DNA of 64,000 nucleotides from Camelus ferus (taxonomy: Eukaryota), in the NCBI RefSeq assembly GCF_009834535.1, contig NC_045697.1:22632001-22696000 (forward strand), given 5' to 3'. Both the position numbers and the translations under genes were made by a program. Shown in pieces: positions 11,406 to 25,631 of this stretch. The first letter of the stretch is position 1, and each line of letters starts with the position of its first letter. Under the pieces are notes generated by a model. The model was not told the DNA's origin, did not search any database, and was given only the letters and a program-made list of their open reading frames with translations.

Positions 11406-14400
11406 ACGACAACACATTATAAGTGAGATTTACCTGTTTAAAGGTGGGATGAAGGCAAACTGGGAAACCATGCTCCTGTCCACTTTAAGCTTCTGTTCTC
11501 TACTCTGTGATGAGTTGTCCATTGCCCTTTGGGGCCCAAATATTTTCTGTCTCCCTGCTGTTTCAAAGGTTTATGTTTATACAATCTCCATTCTTATTGT
11601 TCTTACTAAACACTCAAATTTCCTCAACAAAGCATGCATGTCATGTGGTAATCTGATAAGTCACATATCAAGTTTGAATATCAGAAAAAAAAATCTTACA
11701 ATAAAGCTATTGCTTTTGGAATAGTATCCCAGGGATTAAAACACCATTAAAATAATGTGATTGGCTGCATGAACTGGGATCTTTTATTTTATTTCACAGT
11801 AACTTGAGATGCATACAGAAAAACAGAGAGCCACACTGATGCATCAACAAGAAACTTCCCTTGATATAAAGGATCAATAAAAAACTTTGGGGGAAAGATC
11901 AATTAATATAGGTTCTCATTCGGGATTTTATAGATCTGCTTTTTTTTTTTTTTAATTGGTGTCTTTATTGCCTTTTCCAATGTTAAGAAAGCCAAGAGAC
12001 TGCTCTGGAAACCACAGTCACAGAGCCACAGCCACAATACATGTCTTATTTTTTCTGCGTCACTTTGTTTTAGAGTGTTCACTTCTTGGCTGTCAGCACA
12101 ATTAACACCTAGCAAAAAGAAATATTAAGACCACAGAGGTTATGCTGCCACGAAATCTAAACAATGGAGATGTGAGAAGAAAAAGGGTCAAGAAAGAAAT
12201 ACAAATATGAATAAAATGAGGAAAAATAAGAAGTATCATATTTAGTATTAAATTCAGCATGCACACTTTTAGAGCGTGACTGACAAAACATCTTTGCTAA
12301 AATCTCCCAGATTCAGAATTAGGGGACTCAGCCGCCAGAAATCCAAATTGTGGTTAACTGTAATGATATTAGAAATGAATTGCAGGCTTAGATGTATTAT
12401 AAAGGGAGTATGCTCAACACTTAGTGCCTGACGTGTCATGTAAGTGGAAGGATGAAACGAGGGCTAAAAATGATTTAAATACATGATGTAGAGGAAATAA
12501 TTCTCTTAAAACATATTCTAAGGCTTTTTAGATTATTGGGAAGTACATTTGCTGAAAACTATAGCTCAGTTAAACTTGTTACTAAAGGTCTCAAGACAAA
12601 ATCTTCCATCTCTGGTGTCTATATTGAGACCTATTTTATTTTGATTTCTAATCTCATTGCAATCTCTAAGACAATTCCTCCCCTCTGCCAACATGTCTAT
12701 CTTTGTCACCTCCTTTCTAAGACACATATTATGCTATAAGCCTTTACAATCTGCTTTTAAAACAGAAGAAATCTTTTGGAGAAAATTACTTTGTTCAGCA
12801 TTTTATGTTTATAGGTTAAATAAAGACAATTTTTTCCAAGTAATAATTTACACTTTACATTTTCCTTATACAAACCACCGGGGAAAACTACTACAATACA
12901 TTGTAATAACTTTTAAAGAGTTTTAATTCCTTGATTTTACTAAATCACTTTTCTTTTCAAGATAATACTAGGTCATCATGAACGGTCGTAATGGAAATGT
13001 GAAGAGTGCAACTGAAATTTACTTTTAGAGATTGGAAAAAATGATCCTGGAGTATGTTAGCCTTGCCTTCTTAATAGCTCACAATTTTTTGCATTTCACG
13101 TTTATCCTTTAACTTTTAAAGATGCGGTGATCCACACAGACACACAAAAAAGATAACAAATTAAGAGAAATCTTACCCTTGATGTTCAGGCAGCAAGGGA
13201 TAAGGTGATGTCAGAATCTTAAAGAAGATTAAAAAGCTTGAGAGCTAAATAAAATAAATGTTGACATTTAGATATATACCCACTTCTACAACCATAGGGC
13301 CACACACCCAATTCCTGCAGCACTATGAATTTTTAACCAACCACTCGCCTTATATGATGGTGAGCCCTTTTTATAAAATTAGTCTCCTACCTAAATTCTG
13401 TTTTAGTAGCTTGAATTCTTATCTAGCATAGTGATTTCTAGTTTCTAAAGATAAAAGTGTCAATGGAAGTATGAGGGGAAAAGATGACTGGTTATACTCC
13501 CCAGAAAATGAAGTGAATGGAATATAATGTGACAGTTTAAATTTAATCAGAATGTCACCATTTTGTCTTAATAGAGCAAATCACCCTAGGTTGAGTACTT
13601 CATTTACTTTCAGCAGCTAGAGGTGGGTAATGAAAGCAAGAGCAACTCACTAGTTGGGTAGAGAAGGTAGTGTAATTAGGGCTGCTCATAACAATTCAAA
13701 TTAGATCTGAATCGTGGAAAGGATTGCTTATTTAGACAAGAATAAGTTTGGAAGGCTTCATGGCTTCAGCATATCAAGTATTCATGGCAGGCATTTCTTG
13801 ATTCCCTGACATTTAAAGGCAATAGTTTTAAGGTGTTGGTAATGTCAGTTTGCAAAGCACAAGGGTTGGTAATATAAATTATGTACTGTATGTGTGTACA
13901 AATAAAGTCTGCTTCTTTCCCCTCCAATTACTGCACTTTCAAGCACTGAAAAGGGCATGGGGGAAACAACCAATTAGCAGAGAAAAATCATAAATGAATT
14001 TGTCCTTTTTGTTTGGGTACCAAGGGAACAGAGTTAGACTAAAGGATTCGGCAAAGAATCTGAGATCACTTAAGGTTCTATTATGGGATTTACTGTAAAA
14101 TGAAATGTTCACAAGAAAGTTACTCTATTTTTCAATTCATTTGCCATTTGTAGTGTCATTAGAAAATTTATTTTCTAATATATGATGAGATGAAATTTGT
14201 TCATGCTGTCACTCAGTGGTAAATCAGGATTAAAAATACTTGTTAGAAGAATAAAGGCAAGATACCTCATTTCCCATTGCTTTCTCTGGCAATGTTTTAC
14301 AGCTTGGAAGTGAATAAGGAAGGTTACATTAATTACTGGGTTGGTATTGTTAAAGTTTCTGATAAATACTAAAATTTCTAGAGGTTCCTATTTGAGAGTC

Positions 14401-14808
14401 AGAGAAAGAAACCTACTTGTTTGGGAAGGTTGGTAAACATTTATTATAATAAACCAGAAGAGGCCAATTGTTCAAACTCTTGTGCAAATTTTAGATGTAC
14501 AAAGTGGAAAAAGTGTACAATTTTCTATGTTGATTCCCAGGTATTGGCACATGGAATTATGGATTTTGCAAAGAAAGGTAAAGAAATTTTCCCTACCACT
14601 ATAGCTCTTACCCAGAAGAAGAAATGGTTATCACAACTCAGGCACAGTGGCATTAAAAATTAGGTAAACTGTTAGAATGTTGGTTTGCAAAAACAAGATT
14701 ACTTGGTAAGATATAATCAGAGCACATCATGTAGTATTGAGGGGAAATTAAGGAGAAAGAAAAAATTATATGTATATTTTATAATAATTTTATAACATAC
14801 ATATAATT

Positions 14809-14834
14809 ATATATATATGTGTGTGTGTGTGTGT
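14809..14834. repeat. Compound (TA)n(TG)n microsatellite
   Basis: atatatatatgtgtgtgtgtgtgtgt read directly. Confidence 0.85.
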
Positions 14835-17342
14835 CTCGACTCTACACTAACAACTAAACACTTGAAGGTATGTTAAGTGTATGCATGTGAAGGGAGGTTT
14901 GGTCTGCATTTTCCCATTCAGCACAATGCCTAATACTACTCACCAACCAAACATGCTCCTGCCTCCTCTATCGCTCATGCAGTTTGCACTATATACAACC
15001 ATAATTTGTAATTACCCCAGGTTCATATCTTCCTCTATCAATTTACCTTTTGTAGAAATGACGTAAGTCAACGTTGGTTGACTGCATTAACAACAACCAA
15101 GTATGTCTTATGTTAGTTTGGAGAAATAGGTGGGTTCCTTCCAAAGCAATATATATGTTGATTACCTCTCAATAGTAGTAAGAGTAATATAAATATTAAG
15201 TTTTAAGAATCAGGGAGCTTATGGAAGAAAGAAGCATTGAAATCACTGAATTGCTCACGCACATGCACACACACCCCTTTGAGGATTTTGTCTTCATCAA
15301 AGAAGAAATGGACTTTTCTATTTTTCAGGAAGGCCTATCCTGACATTTTAAAATGGAACAAACTGTCTACAAATGGAGTTTTTGTTCTATTTTTCCCTCA
15401 TACAGTTGCAACATATACTAATAATTAGTACATTTTATTGTTGTAATTAATTTATAATATGTAACTCAAGAGCACACTTCATGCTAATGTTTCATTTAGA
15501 CAAAGGAACCTGAAATTTACTAAATTATCTGTCAGAGACTCTATTACCTTGACAAGAAAGGACAATTCCCTATCAAATGTATGTCTATTTGTCACTACCT
15601 TCACCTTCTGAAAGAATAGTGCATTTGAGATATTTTTCAAAATCTAAAAGTTAATCCATTATTTTTAAAGATACGAGGGATTTCATACTCTGAATGCATA
15701 GTAATTAATTCCGCTGTTCCCACAGATGGACTTTAAGGCCATATTCTTACATATGTTTATAAGGTGATGTTATTGGGTGTGCTTAGGGAACATAACACTT
15801 ATTTCCTTTCTATGTTATGTGTTATTTTGCTTTTCAGAATGAATAGTTGTATCTGAAAGAAAATGTGATACACTTTTTTTAAAGACTCATTGACTGGTTA
15901 ACTTGTATTATCAGTGTGACTACAAATGCTTTTTTAATTTCCCATTATTTGAAGATGTGTAACTCCTATACCTTATCCTAAATACCTTATTTTAGGTATA
16001 TGTGTTTAAGATCACCTAATAACCACAAGTAATTACACTTTTGTAAGATCAGCTTGTATGTTTAATCGAATCCATGGGGACTCAAACCAAGTCTGCATTT
16101 TCAAACTTCAGTTCAGTTAGTCTTGTCTCCAAATGGTAAGTCCCATCAAGTAATGCAATTTAATAACAAATTTCAATGACTTCAGAAGAACGACAGTGCC
16201 TCTTGCTTCCATTCTAGCTAACGTGGCCTGACCACATTCTATTTCACATCACAACAAATTGAAGCAGCTCATCTCATGGACTGACATTTGTTTGAATTTC
16301 GTGCAATAGGGAATAGGACACTTTACTGAAGTTATTATCAGTGCTTCCTTGTCTGCTAAAACACCAAAGGTGTTGATTTGGGACTCTCCAATTCTGATTC
16401 TGGTATACCTGTCTGAGTGACAAGAGAGGACAAGGGATCAGAGAAAATATATTGAGGGAGAAAAGGGAATATAAGGTATTCAGAGGGAAAAATAGAGAAA
16501 GGAGTTGAGAGAGGAAAAAACATCTTAATACCCTGTGGACATCATATATCACCCTCATTTTTGTTTTGTGAAATTGGCAGGAACAGTATATGCCTGCAGC
16601 AGCTGTGCCTTTTTTTTTCTAGACACTCTGACAGTAGAGACAGCGACTCCTTGCTCAGAGTAAGTAGCTGATATGACTGGGGAAGTTGTGAAGCTAAGAT
16701 TGGGAAAGACACCTGGCATTGAATCTAAGAGACTGTTTTGATCCCCAAAGATTGCTCTGTTTATTACAAACTTTGAAGATTCCTTTCTGTTCTTTCCAGC
16801 TAAAGTGTGAAAATATCCATTACTGACCTTCCCTGCCTATATAAAAATCCTCAATCAGGCAGAGATTTCAGAGGACAGAGCACTATTCACGGTGACAAAA
16901 GGAAAAAAAATTAGGGTGAGAACATCAGTAAAAACATCAAGAGGAACTAGTTCCTAAAAGAGCTAAAAATGTTTGATTTTCTCTGCCCTCTTTAGTTTGT
17001 TATTTTGCTTTCATATCTACGATGGGATTCTTACATGCATGTCTTATAAATGCAATTATATAGGACAAAAAAGTTTCTTTTTGATTGAAAGTTTTAGTCA
17101 CACCTGAGGATTTTAGGAATTTGCCTTCGTTTTTGATAACTATCTCAAATGTTTCTATTAAAAGATATAAAGAGAATTAGGCCTTCTTTGGGCATGACTT
17201 AGATTTCAAATCAAGTCCATCTACAAGGTTTTGATAAAGGAGACAAACTGATACCCAATTAATTGTTTCAGTTCTTCCACTTTCAAAATTAAAGAAGCCC
17301 AAACTTCTTTACAAGCTCTGACCTAAGCACAGTAATAAAGGG

Positions 17343-17710
17343 TGTTATGCACTGAAATGTGAAATTCATATTTTGAAACCCTAACCCCCAGTGTGACCCT
17401 GTGGGCCTTGTATTTGGAGATAGGGCCTACAAGGAAGTAATTAAGGTTAAATGAGGTCACAAGGGTGGGGCCCTAATCCAGTAGGATTGGTGTCTTTGTC
17501 AGAAGAGAGACCTGAGCACGTTTCCTCTTTCCATGCAAACAGAGGCCATATGAGGACATAATGAGAAGGCAACTGTCTCACAAATCACGAAGAGAACTCT
17601 CAGCATGATCATGGACTTCTAGCCTCCAAAACTGTGAAAAAATGAATGTCTGCTGTTTAAGCCATTCTGTCTGTGATACTGCATTACGGCGGTGCTGAAA
17701 GACTAATGCA
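17343..17710 (+). mobile_element. MaLR solo LTR, MLT1A/B-like
   Basis: tgttatgcactgaa...taattaaggttaaatgaggtca...gacttctagcctccaaaactgtga...gactaatgca. Confidence 0.88.
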
Positions 17711-18082
17711 CGGGGGAAAGCCGTCATCTGTAACATCAGCTGTGACTAATGGGGACGTTTGCTCACATTGCAAATGGGTTCACAGAAAGGCTGGCGTTCA
17801 GTGTAGGTTTTGTGAGCTGTAGCAGGTCATTGGGCTTCTCGACTTAATTTTCTCTACAGTATTAAGTGATTTAAGTTTGGGGGTTTTTTTTGCCTACAAA
17901 TGTCTAGAGATCTATAATCAAACATGTAACATTTTTTCTGTCCTTTGAACAGAATTTTGATCAAAGAAATAGACTTGAAATGGGGATTCAACAGGATTTG
18001 CAAGTCTCATTGTAACATCTTCTAGCTTTGTTTTAGACCAGTAATATAGAGAAGCTAACTATCAAACTGGGAGCTCACCAAG

Positions 18083-18508
18083 GGTATTTGTTTCCTAGGG
18101 CTTCTGTAAAAATTACCACAAATGTGGTGGCTTATAAAATCTGGTTTTGGAGGTCAGAAGCCCAAAAATCAATGTTTGGCACAACCATGCTCCCTCTGAA
18201 GGATCTAAGGGAGAATCCTTCTTTACTTCTTCCAACTTTGGTGGCTCTAGGCATTCCTTGGCTTTGACTGTATCACTCCAATGTCTGTCTCCATCTCCAT
18301 GTGGCCTTCTCTTCTCCTAGAGCCTCTACTCTGTGTGTCTCTCCTAAGGACATTTGTCATTGGTTCTAGGATGCACCCTGATAATCCACTATGATATCAT
18401 CCAGAGAGTCTTAATTATCTATGAAAAGGCTCTTTCCAATTAAGATCACATTCACTTTTCCAGGATGTGGGCATTATCTTTTGGGGGACAACCATTTAAC
18501 CCACTAGG
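18083..18508 (-). mobile_element. MaLR solo LTR, MLT1C-like
   Basis: tttcctagggct...aattaccacaaa, ccatgctccctctgaagg...ggagaatcctt, gcattccttggc. Confidence 0.85.
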
Positions 18509-19839
18509 CCAGGGAGAAAATTGTTAGGAAAAAGTCCTCCTCACATAAAGAATTAGATTTTAAAAATGAACGTTCAATTTTGATTCTCTATGGTAACATT
18601 TTAAATTCAATTTTATTTTAAAAAAATTTCTTACTAACTAGTAAAATAGTCATCTTTATTTTGATCTTCCAAAAAGATCAAATTTAAAAGGTGAAGTTTT
18701 AGGTAAGTGAACTTCCGGGAAGAGGGGCTTTCTAATAATTTAAAAGAATGCCTATGATATTAGCCAATCCAACTGAAATCTCAAGAAGTCAAAGCAGAAT
18801 ATTTTGATATGACATTTTTGTTCTAGTCCAAGACTGCCTCTTTTCATCATTTGCATATAAAACATTTGAAGCTACAAATATACTTCTCGCATTGGCAGTT
18901 TTGATAATTTTTGCCTTAAGTCCTAAATAGTAAAGGACAGAATTTGCAGTTTCCCAAATAAGATCAAAGGGGCTCATTAGCTAGCAAACTGAGATGTTAA
19001 TTATGAAACATTTGCTTGGGGAGAAGATTGATATACACCCACCGAAAAAGGGACTAAGCAGAAAGTTGTGTTATTAAAATTCAGCTTTCCTGATGTATAT
19101 ACCAGTATTTTATTCTTGAGTTTCTTTCACTTGAAAAATCATGAATTCTCCTAAATACATAATTAATCTTCATAAACATATTTTGAAAGGCCATTTAGGA
19201 AGGATGAGAATGAATATATTTGAAGTTAGAGGACAGATAGATACTGTAGGTTTTCTGATTTAGATAATGATTAAAGTGACGGTTTATATTATGATCTAAC
19301 CATGATTACACGGTGAAAAAGGCACTTCCCCCCCCCCCACTCTACTCTTTGTTACCCATTTGTAGATCTTGAAAATTCACTATATACAAACTCTTTGTAA
19401 TTCATTTTCTTTTAAACTGTTTTTAACATATGTAGTAATACTGTGTAATCTATAGTTTTATATTTTGGGGATCCATATTAGTCCTTAAATATATTTCAAA
19501 GAAATGATATAATAGTTTTCTTTTTTTCTCACTTTCATAAGTACAAATCTTACAACAACCCACATTTTAAATTAGATTTTCCCAATATGCTGCATTTAAA
19601 TCATGTGATTATCTACATAATCTTTATATTAATGATAAATGTCATTGATCCTGTGGGTAAAAATAGTTTAGAAAATTTAACTATAGGGTAGCCTTTAATT
19701 TAAACTATCAGTTCAACTCTGATATACACTTTAAAAATATAATGTTCTGTTGACTCTATAATATTTCCCTCCCTTTCCTACCCCATACTAAGAATAGTTA
19801 ATTCTTTAATTAAAGAAGAGAAATTGTCAGTTTACTCAG

Positions 19840-20216
19840 TGTCTTAGTCTGCTTGGCTACCATAACAAAATACTATAGGATGGATGCCTTAAAAAACAAA
19901 TACATTTTCTCATGGCTCTAGAGACTGGGAGATCCAAGATGAAGGTACTAGTGGATTTGGTTCCTGGACAGAGCACTCTTCCTTGTTTACAGAGGGTCAT
20001 CTGCCTTCTCATTGTGTCCCAGATGGAGGAGTAAGAGAGTCCTGGCATCTTCTGCTGATAAAGGCACCCATCCCATCAGATAAGGCACTTCCAACCTTAT
20101 TTAACCTTTATCACCTTCTGACAGGACCCATTTTCAAATGCAGTCACATGGGGGATTAGGGCCTCAATGTATTTTTTTTTTTTGGGCAGGGGATGCATCA
20201 CCTTCAGTTCACAACA
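19840..20216 (-). mobile_element. MaLR solo LTR, MLT1A0-like
   Basis: tgtcttagtctgcttggctaccataacaaaatac...tccaagatgaaggt...cagtcacatgggggattagggc...cacaaca. Confidence 0.88.
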
Positions 20217-20604
20217 TCCTATTGTACAGACCAAGTGATGCATCAGAATAATATTTTCAAAATCCTGTCCCTGTCTTCAAGGAATACATGAATTAATGGG
20301 GGATTAGATACGGGGAATTGAAAAATGATTAGATGATTAATCTCATTTCATTGTGTTATAAGGGTTTAAAACTTAAGGAAATAAACTGTTTAATTCAAAT
20401 AAGATATGACCCTTATACAAGTCATGATTATGTCTACATTTTCTTCTAAGGATCAGTATTTTTAATTTGGTAATTTAAAAATGCAGCATTAGCAATGATA
20501 AATGCTGTAGAATCATTATTGGTTAATTATAATAGTTTATTTTATTATTTTATAATAGTTTATTTAGTTTATAAAATAGTAAAAACACATTATCATGCTA
20601 TACA

Positions 20605-20700
20605 GATTGAGCAAATTTCCTAAAGATTTTCATAGCCTCTTCATTCATAAAATGGGAATCAAAATATTTGCTCTATCAGGTGTCATGACAAACAAAAATG
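20605..20700 (+). mobile_element. MIR fragment
   Basis: ttgagcaaatttcctaa...ttcattcataaaatgggaat. Confidence 0.45.
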
Positions 20701-21989
20701 CTTCAAGTGGGAAATTAAAAAGAAAAATCTACCTGTCTATGCAGTATCTAACTGTGCAGTAAAGTTATACATCAAAATACTTAAATGGTGAGGCTGTGAT
20801 CAACTAATTCTTACTGAAACTATGACAAAGTCACTTAAAGTTTTACCTTTGGGTTGAGAACTTCTGAGTATCTGTCAAAAGAAAACATTGAGGGGAAAAG
20901 TTGGGAGTGCTCCACAGTGCTGTGCAGCGGGATGACAAGACTAGAACCCGTGGAAGAGACTGGCCACACCCACGGATTCATACCCAGAGATAGTAGCTGA
21001 TGGAGTAGGGGCAGTAGAGAGTCCCTGGAGATAGTCAAAAAGACAGAAGAACAGAGAAAGGGGTAGGGGGTAGGTAGAAACTCGGGACATGTCTACATTT
21101 GAGGAACATGGAAAACACAGAAATAGTGTTAAAAGTCACTATCTTAGGAAAACATGAAGAGTGAACCATGAGACAAGGTAGCCAAAAGCTTCAGGAAGAA
21201 TAGTTCAACTATTATCACGTGCATAGACCAGTTAAAAAAAGTTTATAAAAACTTAGTAAAGGGTAAAATTAAGTTTTTTCATTTGATCAAGCCAAATTAA
21301 TTGAGGATGATTTAAATTAACCTGAAAGAAAACTAGTCAGAGTTGAAACTCTTGCTATTTTAAAGTCTTACTTCTAATTATACTTTCAACTCTCAGAACG
21401 TTATATACATTCTCTGTATTTGTTTACATATTTCTATCGTTGCATTAATTAAGCCATATCATGGATATATATAGAGAGAGAGAGAGAAAAAAAAAAAAAC
21501 TGATGAAGAGCTGAACCAAAATGCCAGCAGAAATGGCATGAAGACAAAATAGAGGCATGTTTTGGAGGAAGAGCAGCAACATTGATGACAGATGATACAA
21601 CACGTGGAGAAGGAAGAACACAAATGTCTGGTAATCTCACCTGAGGAAGTTACAAAAAAATGTACTGGTACAGAGAGAGATGGGAAACTTCAGAAGGAGG
21701 GAAAAATGGAAAGGCCATTTTTTATGGACATGTTAATTTTGAGAATAAGAAAAACCTATCAATCTGCAGGTGACTTGTCTACCTGCCAACCTGAAAGAAG
21801 AAAAGGGTTAAGGATTGAGGACAGATTTACCAAGGAGAAAAGGTTTTATTGTATATAACTGTGCTAGAATAGAATGACATTTTAACCTATATAACAGCCA
21901 AGTAAATTCATTGCCTAATTATGAGATAACCTGCTTAAGTTTCAGCCTCAGCAAATTAAATTAGTTGCCATTTATTTAAGACTTGCTGT

Positions 21990-22120
21990 CATCACTATTT
22001 TACAAATGTGGAAATCGAGGTTCTGACTCTGTGTAATCTCCCAAGGTCAAAAGTCCTGTCATGGGCAAGGCTAAAATGGAAGCCAAGATCTGCTTGACAA
22101 TAAAGCCCATGTTCCTTCTG
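21990..22120 (-). mobile_element. MIR
   Basis: attttacaaatgtggaaatcgaggttc...cccaaggtca core. Confidence 0.75.
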
Positions 22121-23534
22121 CTGGCTGAAAAGAGTAAAAAGTAAAATGGTCTATAGGCTGAAGAGAATGAAGTTGAGCTTCTGAGACTGCTTCTTGGCGG
22201 TGATGGGGACAAAATTAGGGGAAAAAAAGTTTTGTTATATGTATAATGAAAAATTCTTCTTTTAATAGAAAATTCAATTTTTCTATTATACACTTATATT
22301 GGAGGGATCCTTTTTCTGTTAAGTAATCCATCATGAAAGATACCTTTCTCATTTTATGAAATGTGTGTCAGATGTTGGCCCCCAATCAATCAATAAACCT
22401 AGGAGTACATTTAAGTGAATCTTCTTGTTCAGGGTTTTGAGACATCGTAAACAGAAGGCGCACTTATTAGAGTAACGTATTGGGTTTTAACAGAAATTTT
22501 CAGTTTCTTCTAAATGTTCAGGTTTCTCCAAGTTATATTAGCTCAGTAACATCCAGTGTATTTGTAGCTGAAATTTAGTAAAACTGGAACAATGTTAAAA
22601 ACCACCATGATACTTTCATTGAAAATAGATTGTCATACCTCTACCTACGCAATTGTGGACAACATCTTATTCATCTTGTAGGTCATTCTTGACAACTATG
22701 TACATTAGGCTTTATTTTTATTATGCATGAAAGCATTCCTTGAGATAGTCTAAGAGCATTATGTGAAAATACTTTTCTTTCTGGTCAAAAGGAGATAAAA
22801 ATAGCCTGTAGCTGTGGGGTTTCTCTCTTTGTTGGATATTGATTTATGACATAATAGTTTTGCTTTTGTACCAGTCTTAGTCCTACAACATGCTTGTCTT
22901 CTTGTTTCTATTCCTTAGTATCCTATATGGAGCACTGAACTATCAGTGATTACTGCTGTTTAATCCTCATTTCTATACTTCCTCCAAAAACAAACAATCC
23001 TCCCCCAAGTAAAAATGACATCAAAAAATAATACTTCCCATTGTCTATTTATTCATTTTCCATGGCATATATTAATGGCATAAGGAATTAAAATTAAAAA
23101 AATACAGATGTGTCCACTGGAAGATTCAAACCTATAACTTAACAGCTGGTCAAGATTATTAGAACCCTGCTATAGAAAAATATCTTACCATCTCATCCAA
23201 AGTCTTGGGAAAGAGTCTCATTAACCTGCATTGGACAGGATTACTGCCAAACCATCCCCATAGTCATCTGAGATAACAAAACCAGGGATGAAATGGTCAA
23301 TTTTGCTTAACCATTTTTACAAATAAAATATTGTACTATCACTTAGTAAAGTTTAGTGTAAAAAAATCCATTTTCCCCCCTGGTTTGATTTTGTAAAAAA
23401 ATCAATAATAAAAGTCAACATTAACCTTAGTTTTGCCTCAGTCACAAAATAAACAGTCAAATTCAGTGGCCAGGGAAAATGTTGAGCTCACTTCAGATAC
23501 CAGGACACACAGACTCCTTCCACTCCTTTTAGAT

Positions 23535-23712
23535 CCATGGTTCTCAAAAACTTGGCTGCCTATTGAAATCAACGAAGACGTTTTAAAATGCCTGCCTCCT
23601 GGATTTCAGCCCCAGAGACTCCGATTTAATGAATCTGGAGTTTTGGCCTGGATGTCAGAAGCTTCAGATCTCTAAGAGATTGTAAAGTATAGACAGCTTT
23701 GAGAACTTCGGT
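23535..23712. mobile_element. MER5-family MITE (MER5B-like, hAT-Charlie)
   Basis: Inverted termini tggttctcaaa / tttgagaact; internal cccagagactccgatttaat. Confidence 0.75.
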
Positions 23713-24689
23713 TGATGTTCTATTGTTTCCCTCTCAAATCCTTTCAAAAGTTTTATGAACTTATAAATGTTGACATATCATACCCCAGAGAAACAGTTTC
23801 TCCTAGTTGATTAGAATAGCCTACATGAAGATAGACGATAAAGTCATTTTTCTTTTTATCTCACCTGAGAGCAATTCCTTGTTTCTTTCCTTCTCCTTTA
23901 CACGGAACTGGTGGCACTTGGAGGTTGTGCTCTGTGCTTTTGGTAACTTTAGTTTCCACCCCGGTGTTATTTAGAAGGTACTTTAGAAATGGTGGATCCA
24001 CAAATTGTTAGAGCCAGCTGAGATTCGTAGTCTGACAGCCGAGTGTGTACCATAATAAATTGTTACTTCCATAGAATTATGTTAGAGGAAGGCAAACTCA
24101 CTCTCCCGAGCCCCCAAGTACAAGATTTTTCACTCAAGACAATTCAAACTGTTCCCAATCACATGTTGAAGACCTTAAGATGCAGGCTGCAATGCAAAAT
24201 AAGTGGGAAAATTAAAGTTCTTATAGGAACACAACTGGTAGTTAGAGGGTGTTACCTGCACAGAATTTAAGAGGCCCAGTGAAGTGTTTGGGAGGCAATT
24301 GACTAAAGCATACTGAAGGTTTTATTTTTAATCTTTGCCAACTTGGAATTGGTTTAATATTTTGAACATGACATGAATATAGGTGGCTTTCTCCTGAATG
24401 ATGTTAGAAGTTCCATGGTACATAAAATACTGGCAGCACTAAAGCACTGTTCTTACCAACATCTTAAATGAAAGGAGAAAAAAAAGCACTGAATATTTTT
24501 CTTTTTTATCTCTATGTTGCTCTTTCTGAAATAAATTTTTAGTACAGAAGGTAAGGGAAGAACTAATATATATTGTTTGTAAAGCTCTAGGTTTTTGAGA
24601 ATCAGTTTAATCAAATGTTTACTCAATCATTTGACAAATATTTATTGAATACATATTATGTTTAATTATGCTAGATAACAAGTCTTTTT

Positions 24690-24855
24690 TAATTTAGCTC
24701 TCACAATAACCTTGTAAATTTTTATGCCCATTTTACTGATTAAGAAAAATTGAAAACATACCTAAAACAAAAACTTACCCAATATTACACAACTAGTAAG
24801 GGTTCAGAAGGATTTAACCCAAGTATTTCTTATTCTGAAATCCATGTTTTCTATA
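24690..24855 (-). mobile_element. MIR
   Basis: ctcacaataaccttg...cccattttactgattaagaaaattga...acacaactagtaag...atttaacccaagt. Confidence 0.7.
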
Positions 24856-25391
24856 TCAGCATAAATTTACATCATAGCACACCTCTTCCAGTCAAGTCTT
24901 TTCATCCTCAGTTCTGCAAGATTCTTTTCATATGTTCAGTAAAATTTGGATTTCTCATTTGTGTTGAGGGCAAACTAAAGCACCACTGTGTTGGAGAACA
25001 CAGTGCACGTAGACGACTCCGATTTGGACCATTCCCCCCACCCTGGGGCACTGGGGCAGGCTTTCTCCTGGCACATATGACCACAGCTAGTTTTTTGTCA
25101 CAATAGCATGCCACACAAAGGACAAACAGCGAGATTTGCAGGGGACTGACTGTTTGAAAACAGACAACTCTCAGATTTCTTTGTCCTTCTTTACCATGTA
25201 TTTAGTTAGAAAAACAAACTTTTATTACTGATATCCACATGCAGTTCTAATAAACTGATTCCTGATCATGAACTTGTATCTTTAAAACAATTTGTAATTA
25301 TGACACAAATTTACTGTGAATGTCAAGGTAATTTTTAAAAATGTACCATGTATTAATTTTCGCAGATTAAATTCTCTTTAATTTTCTAGAT

Positions 25392-25631
25392 CAATAATTT
25401 GCAACCAGGAGCTATTATACCCCTCAGGGGACATTGAGCAATGTTTTCAAGCATTTTGGGTTGTCACAGCTAGGAAGGGGGTGCTACTGTAATCTAGTAA
25501 ACCAACCAACAAGAAATCTAGACTACAGTAGCCAGGAGTATTGCAAATCATTTTACAATACACGGGATGACTTCCTACAACAAAAAATTGGACAATCCAA
25601 AGTGTCAATGGTTCCAAGCTGGAAAACTTTA
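25392..25631 (+). mobile_element. MER20 (hAT-Charlie) with perfect 8-bp TSD ttctagat
   Basis: ttgtcacagctaggaagggggtgctactg and ccaaagtgtcaat motifs; ttctagat at 25384-25391 and 25632-25639. Confidence 0.88.

Noticed and set aside
15056..15083. CRE/PAR-like atgacgtaa next to a 7-bp stem hairpin (agtcaac/gttgact)
   Set aside because: Too short to distinguish from chance.
18690..18712. ttttag|gtaagt, resembling a recursive splice site
   Set aside because: The upstream sequence is purine-rich with no real polypyrimidine tract, and no host transcript is known.
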